32,000 bases of DNA. Origin: Parasynechococcus marenigrum WH 8102. GTDB lineage: Bacteria > Cyanobacteriota > Cyanobacteriia > PCC-6307 > Cyanobiaceae. How positions within the stretch are numbered: the first letter of the stretch is position 1; each line of letters begins with the position of its first letter. Shown here piece by piece: positions 1 to 6,297 of this stretch. The notes beneath the pieces were generated by a model that was not told the DNA's origin, searched no databases, and worked only from the letters and a program-made list of their open reading frames with translations. Where the stretch lies: contig NC_005070.1 in NCBI RefSeq assembly GCF_000195975.1, positions 1,500,001-1,532,000 of the forward strand. Direction: 5' to 3'. The position numbers and the translations under genes were made by a program.

Positions 1-423
1 CTCGTCAATAACAATGCAAGAGACCCACTGAATGTTGTGCAGACAAGGTTTGATCGGGTTGGATACAATTCATTTGCAATTGACTTTTATCACTCAAATA
101 AAACACCTGAATTGGTATTTATCTCACCTATCTGTAAGCCTGAAAAATCAGATTTGTCATACGGCTCAATCGCGGATATCGCGTATACATTCAATTGTAA
201 TTGCGATGTGAATTCTAAATGTTCCAAATTCATTCAAAGCACAACTCTTTTAGGAATAAATTTGATCAAGAAGGGTCGCTTGGAGGGGATAGAGTCGACA
301 AGGGAGAAAATTATGGAGGAGTTCTCTACATACAATAGAGGTAGAGAAGTTGACATTAGCGAGGTGGCTCTAAAAAATAATAATTCTCAAAGTATATTAG
401 AAGATTTGTCTCAGCTAAATTAA
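1..423 (+). CDS. hypothetical protein, probably 5'-truncated by the window edge (AT-rich cargo gene)
   Basis: The frame is open from nt 1 to TAA 421-423, with no stop upstream of the GTG at 37 used in the ORF track. The block is strongly AT-rich, unlike its neighbours. No motif recognised. Confidence 0.35.
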   Translation, partial: LVNNNARDPLNVVQTRFDRVGYNSFAIDFYHSNKTPELVFISPICKPEKSDLSYGSIADIAYTFNCNCDVNSKCSKFIQSTTLLGINLIKKGRLEGIESTREKIMEEFSTYNRGREVDISEVALKNNNSQSILEDLSQLN

Positions 424-561
424 TAAAAATATTGATAAATTCAAATTTTTGTGCATTTGATCAATCTTATACATTTTTGGGATCTCAGACAACGTCTTAA
501 GCACCTGCTGGAGACCTCATAACCCTGCTCAACCATCCGTTTCCAGACGCACCAGATACCG

Positions 562-753
562 ATGCCGAACATTCTTGATCACGTCTCACAAGCACCAGTT
601 CTTGAAATAGACGATTTGCCACGCTCGGCAACACGCAAGGAATGGTTCGCCATCACCAGGCGCATCATTCAAGACACCATCGCTGACATGAAACTCGATC
701 CCGCTGCGGAAACAGAAGTAATTGAAGCCTTCACAGGTGCAGGTCTGCTGTGA
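562..753 (+). CDS. small conserved hypothetical protein, NILD..PRS..EWF..TR..IADM family, copy 1
   Basis: 63-aa ATG ORF. Two diverged full-length paralogues lie in this window (3104..3301 and 23392..23592), plus a 3' remnant at 1172..1213. Shared pattern: MxNILD...PRSxxRxEWFxxTRxxxxxxIADM. Confidence 0.6.
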   Translation: MPNILDHVSQAPVLEIDDLPRSATRKEWFAITRRIIQDTIADMKLDPAAETEVIEAFTGAGLL

Positions 754-768
754 GGGCTGTCATGCCCC

Positions 769-954
769 TTACTGCATTAGGTCATCAGTTGGCCTTGCAG
801 GGACAGTCGCCACTGCATCACCTGGCGTTGCTACTTGAGGATTGATTTGGTTCCAGCCATTGAACATGTGAATGCCTGCAATGAACGCCAGAGCAATCAT
901 CAAGTAACCGATTCGGTTTTCCTCTTGGAAGGCTTGTCTTTCTTTTTTTGTCAT
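769..954 (-). CDS. small single-pass membrane protein (hypothetical)
   Basis: 61-aa ORF with a charged N-terminus (MTKKERQAFQEENR) followed by one hydrophobic span (IGYLMIALAFIAGIHMF). The overlapping + strand ORFs have odd composition. Confidence 0.4.
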   Translation of the reverse strand: MTKKERQAFQEENRIGYLMIALAFIAGIHMFNGWNQINPQVATPGDAVATVPARPTDDLMQ

Positions 955-1094
955 CCTGTGACCTCCTTGCTACGCGGTCTTCCCCATGGCTTTGGTCTAC
1001 GCCTTTGGAGCAGACACTTGTGTTGGTTGTCACATTTCTGCATGGAGAGAAAAACAGCCATAAAGATGCGCCGGCAGGCAAGCGGACGGACGCT

Positions 1095-1145
1095 AAATCC
1101 AGTGCAGCGCAGTCAATCTCAGCGATTTAACCATCAAACGGACGG
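1095..1145 (+). repeat. dispersed ~53-nt repeat, copy 1 (core AAATCCAnTGCAnnGCAGTCnnTCTCAGCGAnTT)
   Basis: aaatccagtgcagcgcagtcaatctcagcgattta aligns with copies at 1442, 5746 and, reverse-complemented, 23255 and 23324. Confidence 0.7.
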
Positions 1146-1171
1146 GCCCAACACGGCCTTGCAGCGGCCCA

Positions 1172-1213
1172 GCAGAAGCGATCGAAGCCTTCACTGGTGC
1201 AGGGCTGTTGTGA
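1172..1213 (+). pseudogene. 3' remnant of a NILD..IADM family gene (encodes ...AEAIEAFTGAGLL*)
   Basis: gcagaagcgatcgaagccttcactggtgcaggg is near-identical to the 3' end of 3104..3301, and the encoded tail matches EVIEAFTGAGLL* of 562..753. No intact N-terminal part lies upstream. Confidence 0.55.
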
Positions 1214-1232
1214 ATGATTGGAAGCTGACCAA

Positions 1233-1334
1233 CTAGTGATCTTGTAGCAGAAGCTGAAGCTCTCCATAGAAGAGAGCCATAGCGCCAACGATGGCCACGC
1301 ACAGGGTGGTGGTGAGAAGCAGTTCGTTGAGCAT
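1233..1334 (-). CDS. 33-aa hydrophobic peptide (hypothetical)
   Basis: Hand translation: MLNELLLTTTLCVAIVGAMALFYGELQLLLQDH*. ATG start with a purine-rich stretch upstream. Below the 60-aa cut-off of the ORF track. Confidence 0.3.
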   Translation of the reverse strand: MLNELLLTTTLCVAIVGAMALFYGELQLLLQDH

Positions 1335-1441
1335 CTTTTCATCCTTATCTTTGTCCTTGGTCTAAGACAAACCGTCAGCACTTGTAGCTCTTGTCACGAG
1401 CCTGAATGGAGTAAAAACCGGCCACTACAACCGATAGGCTC

Positions 1442-1495
1442 AGATCCACTGCATTGCAGTCGTTCTCAGCGACTTGTCCCCCTCAAAAGCGCCGG
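1442..1495 (+). repeat. dispersed ~53-nt repeat, copy 2
   Basis: agatccactgcattgcagtcgttctcagcgacttgtccccctcaaaagcgccgg. It lies 25 nt upstream of the HTH-like gene at 1520. Confidence 0.7.
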
Positions 1496-1519
1496 TTCCA
1501 ACCTTCCAAGTAGCAAGCC

Positions 1520-1906
1520 ATGACCCGCAAGCGCGTAACCGCTAGCGAGAAGAAACAACGCCATGCATGGGCGATACGTCAGATCGACAAAGGCGTCGGC
1601 TTCTCCGAGCTTGCGACCCTTGTGGCCGAAACATGGGGGTGTTCACGTCGACAAGCCCGTCGTGTCGTAGCTGATGCCCACAAAGAGTGGATGGAGATTG
1701 CCTTCGGAGCTGAGGAGATCGATCAGCGTGACCTGCTGATGCAAAGCGTCGCCCGCCTGGAGCGCACTGCGCGTAAGGCGGAAGCAAGCGGCAACTTCGC
1801 CTGTGCGATCGGCGCGGTTCAGCTGATGAATCGAATGATGGCCTCAGGTGCTGATCAGACGGGATGCCGCGGTCATCGCCGCAAAGGGCACTACTACCGG
1901 CACTGA
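1520..1906 (+). CDS. HTH DNA-binding protein, diverged paralogue of 12271..12654 and 20810..21193
   Basis: 128 aa. Same architecture as the other two copies: basic N-terminus, HTH-like segment (GFSELATLVAETWGCSRRQARRVV versus SFRTVAALVSGKYGVSERTAQRDL), KAE..G motif, and a His/Arg/Gly/Tyr-rich tail. Confidence 0.6.
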   Translation: MTRKRVTASEKKQRHAWAIRQIDKGVGFSELATLVAETWGCSRRQARRVVADAHKEWMEIAFGAEEIDQRDLLMQSVARLERTARKAEASGNFACAIGAVQLMNRMMASGADQTGCRGHRRKGHYYRH

Positions 1907-2119
1907 CTACTTCTGCCCGTACTCGATTATGAGTCGTTTCTGGAAGTTGAGTTGGCGGAGCTTCTCGATGTGCTGCTCATGCTCTCCGCTGCTCCAGTGG
2001 CGTGGGAAGGCGACTCGGGCTTGTAGCTCCGAAATTTCATCGTTGAGATTTCTCGCTGGGTCCTCGGACCGAAGGACGCCTCCACAGTGCACCATCACAG
2101 GTCCAAGAACTTGCCTCAC
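1907..2119 (-). CDS. hypothetical protein
   Basis: 70-aa ORF convergent with 1520..1906 and abutting it. Composition resembles neighbouring genes. No motif recognised. Confidence 0.3.
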   Translation of the reverse strand: MRQVLGPVMVHCGGVLRSEDPARNLNDEISELQARVAFPRHWSSGEHEQHIEKLRQLNFQKRLIIEYGQK

Positions 2120-2222
2120 GTCTTTTTCTATAGAAAGGGACCAGAACTAGGCATTAAGCCTCTTAAGGCTTTGCCTACGAGCAGAGGAAAAGACTCAAAC
2201 TCTCTGCACTCGCTGTACCCAC

Positions 2223-2312
2223 ATGAAAGCTTTACACGTCAACGTTGCTTTCATGGGCGGGACTGTCGTCATTGCAGCGATGGTCCTGGCCTTCGTTCAG
2301 ACCCTTAGGTGA
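2223..2312 (+). CDS. 29-aa hydrophobic peptide (hypothetical)
   Basis: Hand translation: MKALHVNVAFMGGTVVIAAMVLAFVQTLR*. One predicted TM span. Confidence 0.25.
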   Translation: MKALHVNVAFMGGTVVIAAMVLAFVQTLR

Positions 2313-2331
2313 GCCTCGATCAGCTTGTCAT

Positions 2332-2460
2332 TCAAAGTGCTGGATAAGCATTCGCAACACCCCATAGGGCGAGAGCTGTGATGCAAGCAAAGACGACAGC
2401 AGTTGAAGCTGCCAAATCAGCTTTCTTCGACTTCTGGACAAATTGAAGTAAGCGAGCCAT
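2332..2460 (-). CDS. 42-aa membrane peptide (hypothetical)
   Basis: Hand translation: MARLLQFVQKSKKADLAASTAVVFACITALALWGVANAYPAL*. Basic N-terminus followed by one TM span. Confidence 0.3.
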   Translation of the reverse strand: MARLLQFVQKSKKADLAASTAVVFACITALALWGVANAYPAL

Positions 2461-2661
2461 GGGTTTAATGCTTAACCCCCCTGTCATGGCTCAGCAGGTC
2501 TGTTTGTTCCATCAATGTGAGTAAGCCCACATCAGTAGTCGGCACATGATGTTGGTGTAGCCGCAGCTGCACAGGCAATTTGAAGCTCACTTCCGTGGGA
2601 GCCACACGCATAAGCCGTTCCGGCGCTGACATTCCATTGTCACGATCTGATCACCTGAACA

Positions 2662-3033
2662 GTGGCAAAGCCCTGGGATGGCTACCAAATGGCTGACTCC
2701 TTCTTCGTACTTCCCATGCAGATGTATCTCGCTGATTGCATTTTCCCTGATATTGAAGGTCAACTGGCTGCTTACAAAAGCTTCTGTGAGCTTTGGGATT
2801 CAGGCGAAATGGCCAAGCTCGACAACTTTGATGGTTTTCAAATGTTGTTCCGTGTGCACGCTCCAGGTGCAGGCCGAGTAACCATTCTTTTTAAGGCGGA
2901 GAGTGATGCTCAGATCTTTGAAGCCTTCGCGCCATGGCGTGCGCAGTTCGGTATTGAGATGGACTTCACTCCTGTAATCGGGTGTCAGGATGTGGTCGAT
3001 TACCACAAAAAGCTTTTCGCGAAGATGTCCTGA
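2662..3033 (+). CDS. small soluble protein, DUF3303-like (tentative)
   Basis: 123-aa ORF. The start may be the ATG at 2689 (MADSFFVL). The C-terminal pattern FEAFAPWRAQFGIEMDFTPVIG resembles the W..-..PV tail I associate with DUF3303. Recalled from memory, not searched. Confidence 0.5.
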   Translation: MAKPWDGYQMADSFFVLPMQMYLADCIFPDIEGQLAAYKSFCELWDSGEMAKLDNFDGFQMLFRVHAPGAGRVTILFKAESDAQIFEAFAPWRAQFGIEMDFTPVIGCQDVVDYHKKLFAKMS

Positions 3034-3103
3034 CAACGGGCTGGGGGCAATTACGCTCCCAACCCGTTCACTGACTTTCCAGAATTGAAGTTGCGACGGA
3101 CTG

Positions 3104-3301
3104 TTGACCAACATTCTCGATGGCATTTGTCCTGATGGCTTCATCCTTGATGGCCTCGATGGCTGGCCCCGGTCAGCAATACGAAAGGAGTGGTTTCGCA
3201 ATACTCGTGAGCTTGTCGCTCGCACCATCGCCGACATGAATCTCGATCCTGCTACGGAAGCAGAAGTGATCGAAGCCTTCACTGGTGCAGGGCATTCGTA
3301 A
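3104..3301 (+). CDS. small conserved hypothetical protein, NILD..IADM family, copy 2
   Basis: 65 aa with a TTG start. MTNILD...WPRSAIRKEWFRNTRELVARTIADMNLDPATEAEVIEAFTGAG aligns along its full length with 562..753. Confidence 0.6.
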   Translation: MTNILDGICPDGFILDGLDGWPRSAIRKEWFRNTRELVARTIADMNLDPATEAEVIEAFTGAGHS

Positions 3302-3532
3302 AAACCGTCATGTCAGTTGCTGAATCAGGCCTTCAGTGTCTCTGCTTGGAAAAGATGAAACGAAGTTATCTACTGAAGGGCCTCCGTATCTCATTGACTC
3401 CAAGCCGCTGAGCACAGCTGTAGGGCATATCATTTGCCCAGACAAGGCTAGCAATATTCTGGTTGCGCATAAAGTATAAACTTAACTTATATTGATTGAG
3501 TTGTTCCTGAACTAGAATTTAGTTAGGTATAT

Positions 3533-5344
3533 ATGCCACAAATGGCAACTCCACCAATTGTTGGCTTTCACAAGGGTCACGGGACTGATGGTGAGGAGCA
3601 TGTACATGAGGGAATAGAAACATTAGACACCGGATTTATTGGAATTGGACATACGCAAGACTCCCCAGAATCGGAGACTTTGGACATACTTGTCATCAAG
3701 ACTGATTCTAATGGTGAAGAAATCTGGAGTAAAAAGATTGGAGCGATTGGGGAATGGGATGTAGGCATTGCGATTGCCGAATCCAGCGATTCATTCTATG
3801 CAGTCGGAGGGAAAAGCCTAGGTGGCATTCAAAAACCAGTGATTATAAAGATGGCAAAAGGTGGTGAAATATTATGGGAAAAATTATTTGATACGCCCGG
3901 AGTTGGGATGCTGAGAGGCATTGATATCACTCAAAACGGGGAAGTAGCTGTAACCGGCTTCCATGAAGGAGACGAAGAGGGATTTGTATTTATATCGGAA
4001 GGAACTGGATTCGCAGCAGTCTTGGACAGAGATGGAGTGGTTGTCTGGCAAGAGGATTATGAACAAATACCTCAAGGAACAAAAATATTGAGCACCGATA
4101 ATAATGGCTACGCCATCTTATCAACTGTCTGGAATGAAGAAGAAAACAACGCGGCAATTTTAAAGATAGGAAATAGTGGAGAAGTGCAATGGTTTGAGAG
4201 CTATGGCGGTGGTAACAACCAAGCATTCGATTTCGAATATATTACGGAAGAAGGTTATGTCTTGGCTGGTCATACGAATTCTATCTCAGCAGTGAATTGG
4301 GATGGCTTGATGACCAAGGTCGATACAAGTGGAAATCTTGTTTGGCGAAAAACAGTAGGGCAGCCAAGAGGGTACGACTCACTGTATATCCATGATGAGT
4401 TCTACGGAATTGTTGTTGATTCTGATGGATCATATGTAATGGCTGGCGGAACAGGTGATGAATCTGCTATGTACGAAGAAGGCGGTCACCCATCAGGGCC
4501 CTCGGGAGAATGGAAGTCTTACTTGGTTAAAATCAATCCAAATGGACAGACTATATGGGAGGCAGTTTATGGAGAAAGCAATCAAGGGCACAATGCGGCA
4601 GAATTTTTGGATACCACTATTGACGGAGGCTTCATACTTTTCAATGACTCCGATACAGCTTCAATATCAACCAAAGAGCCAAACAATTTCGGATTCATGA
4701 AGCTTGATCATAATGCAAGCCATTTATCTGATGCCAACCAAGACCCATTACCTGAAACGGTAACTAACCCAACTCCTGAACCGGTTCCAACCCCTACTCC
4801 AGAACCAACGCCTGCAACTGTTCTTACACCCACGCCAGAACCACCGCCAACGCCATCTCTAGAACTACCACCATCGCCATTATCACCACCAATTGATGGT
4901 GACTTCTCATCTCTACCACCCGACTTATGGCTCTCGCAAACTCACGACGTCATCATTCAATCAGTTCGTGGTAAGGGTAAATTAAAGGGTAAGAAAGGTG
5001 CAGATGCCTTCTATTTTAATTCCTTTGAGGCATTTACTAAAAAGTCTGCTGACAAGATCATTGGATTTAAAGCATCGCAAGACACAATTGCCGTAAGTCC
5101 CGATGCGTTTCCTGCATTGGAAGGTGTCTCCGCTATCAGGTTTGCATCGACCAAGAGCAAAAAGGAATTAAAGCAATTATCCAAGGAGGATTACGATTTT
5201 GTCTATTTTGAGAAAAAAGGTCGGCTCTACTTCGATGGAAATGGCGCAGAGAAGAACTGGGGAAACAGTGATGAAGGAGGTCTTGTGGCAATCCTGAAAG
5301 GAAAACCTGAGCTAACTTCATTTGACATCAAATTGCTGGCTTGA
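3533..5344 (+). CDS. large secreted/surface repeat protein: SBBP-like beta-propeller repeats, Pro/Thr linker, shared C-terminal module
   Basis: 603 aa with no N-terminal signal peptide. Recurrent D..ivK.d.nGe..W.k..G.......gi....dG.y...G blades are followed by a PT-rich linker (4740-4930). The last ~133 aa (4946-5344) are near-identical at nucleotide level to 9361-9762 and 11847-12248. Confidence 0.85.
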   Translation: MPQMATPPIVGFHKGHGTDGEEHVHEGIETLDTGFIGIGHTQDSPESETLDILVIKTDSNGEEIWSKKIGAIGEWDVGIAIAESSDSFYAVGGKSLGGIQKPVIIKMAKGGEILWEKLFDTPGVGMLRGIDITQNGEVAVTGFHEGDEEGFVFISEGTGFAAVLDRDGVVVWQEDYEQIPQGTKILSTDNNGYAILSTVWNEEENNAAILKIGNSGEVQWFESYGGGNNQAFDFEYITEEGYVLAGHTNSISAVNWDGLMTKVDTSGNLVWRKTVGQPRGYDSLYIHDEFYGIVVDSDGSYVMAGGTGDESAMYEEGGHPSGPSGEWKSYLVKINPNGQTIWEAVYGESNQGHNAAEFLDTTIDGGFILFNDSDTASISTKEPNNFGFMKLDHNASHLSDANQDPLPETVTNPTPEPVPTPTPEPTPATVLTPTPEPPPTPSLELPPSPLSPPIDGDFSSLPPDLWLSQTHDVIIQSVRGKGKLKGKKGADAFYFNSFEAFTKKSADKIIGFKASQDTIAVSPDAFPALEGVSAIRFASTKSKKELKQLSKEDYDFVYFEKKGRLYFDGNGAEKNWGNSDEGGLVAILKGKPELTSFDIKLLA

Positions 5345-5452
5345 GAAAGCAAGGTAGTGGAAGATATCTTTGGCAATGACCTTGACTCCTTTAGTGGATA
5401 TGGCGTTGAGATTATGGAAATCTGATCTCTATCAATAATTTGTCTTTTCACC

Positions 5453-5481
5453 AGCCCCGTCAGCAATGGCGGGGCTTTTAT
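5453..5481 (+). terminator. intrinsic terminator of 3533..5344
   Basis: AGCCCCG - 10-nt loop - CGGGGCT followed by TTTTAT. A homologous hairpin follows the second large gene at 9788. Confidence 0.55.
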
Positions 5482-5530
5482 GCAAGGGCAGAGCGGGGAA
5501 CACTTCAGGCAATCACGTCTGACCAACGCC

Positions 5531-5718
5531 TCAAGACAACCGCATCGCCCTGTTCCTAAAGGCTGAACTGTTTGCAGCACTGCAAGCCAAACGCACTGTG
5601 AGTTTGTTGAACCATCTCGGATCCGAATTGTGTCGCCATCTCCAATAGAAAGAATTGTTGAGCTCGACGCGGGTAATGACGAAAGTGCGACCAATAAAAT
5701 AGTGGCTCTTTGTATCAC
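5531..5718 (-). pseudogene. thermonuclease (SNase-like) 5' fragment with a frameshift
   Basis: The fragment reads signal-peptide-like MIQRATILLVALSSLPA, then ILSIGDGDTIRIRDG. The expected KLTVRLAC continues in another frame (ORF 5531..5725) and then stops. Compare the intact nuclease at 21210..21797. Confidence 0.5.
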
Positions 5719-5745
5719 ATGACATACAAATACTTGAATTAGTAT

Positions 5746-5798
5746 AAACCCATTGCGCTGCAGACGATCTCAGGGATTTGTCCCGTCAAAAGTGCCGG
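5746..5798 (+). repeat. dispersed ~53-nt repeat, copy 3
   Basis: aaacccattgcgctgcagacgatctcagggatttgtcccgtcaaaagtgccgg aligns with the copy at 1442..1495. Confidence 0.65.
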
Positions 5799-5805
5799 AC
5801 AACGA

Positions 5806-5946
5806 CTACCCGACTAAGCCTTTTCCATGGCGAACGATCGAGGTCACTTCGTTAGTGGTGTCATTCACCACCATGTACGTACACATCTTTGCCTTGGGCT
5901 TGGCGCGGGCACAGATGTAAGCTCTGAACTCTGTTTTGTAAGACAT
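5806..5946 (-). CDS. 46-aa hypothetical protein
   Basis: MSYKTEFRAYICARAKPKAKMCTYMVVNDTTNEVTSIVRHGKGLVG*. AAGGAG lies immediately 5' of the ATG, which is very short spacing. No homology recognised. Confidence 0.3.
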   Translation of the reverse strand: MSYKTEFRAYICARAKPKAKMCTYMVVNDTTNEVTSIVRHGKGLVG

Positions 5947-6070
5947 CTCCTTAACCCAACGATCGGGAGCTTCTTGCTGGAGGACGCAATACAAAAGTCA
6001 CTTGATATAGACACTATTGATAGCAACAGCTACTCATCTGTAACGCCCAGTTTTAGTTTCCACACAGTTC

Positions 6071-6092
6071 ACACCCGGACATGTCCGGGTGT
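6071..6092. repeat. perfect 22-bp palindrome ACACCCGGACA|TGTCCGGGTGT
   Basis: The first 11 nt are the exact reverse complement of the last 11. No U-tract on either strand. Confidence 0.8.
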
Positions 6093-6144
6093 CATCAGGA
6101 TAAAACATCCTTTTCGCTTGTCGGGCATTGCATTACCGGCCACC

Positions 6145-6237
6145 TCAACAGACAAAGGCTTCAAGCCACACAAAAGTCACCACTGATGCTTTTCCAATCG
6201 CCATCGACAACCACTGGTCACGAAGTATGCGCGTCAT
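6145..6237 (-). CDS. 30-aa hydrophobic peptide, paralogue of 22897..22989
   Basis: [30 protein letters not shown]. Same length and frame as the inverted duplicate at 22897..22989. Differences between the two include 4 synonymous codons. Confidence 0.4.
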   Translation of the reverse strand: MTRILRDQWLSMAIGKASVVTFVWLEAFVC

Positions 6238-6238
6238 C

Positions 6239-6280
6239 TCAGCAGTGCAGCTGACCCAATAAATCGCTACAGAGCCTCAT
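6239..6280 (-). CDS. 13-aa mini-ORF preceding the 30-aa peptide (leader-like)
   Basis: [13 protein letters not shown]. The stop lies 1 nt upstream of the next ATG. The equivalent ORF MMFSNDLLGHLHR* sits at 22854..22895. Confidence 0.25.
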   Translation of the reverse strand: MRLCSDLLGQLHC

Positions 6281-6297
6281 GGCAAGCGCATGTAGCC

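Noticed and set aside
835-1381. Overlapping ORFs 818..1081, 835..1236, 948..1130, 1093..1302 and 1127..1381
   Set aside because: They overlap one another on both strands, are Arg/Ser/Cys-rich, and span a dispersed repeat and a gene remnant. This is typical non-coding GC-normal DNA.
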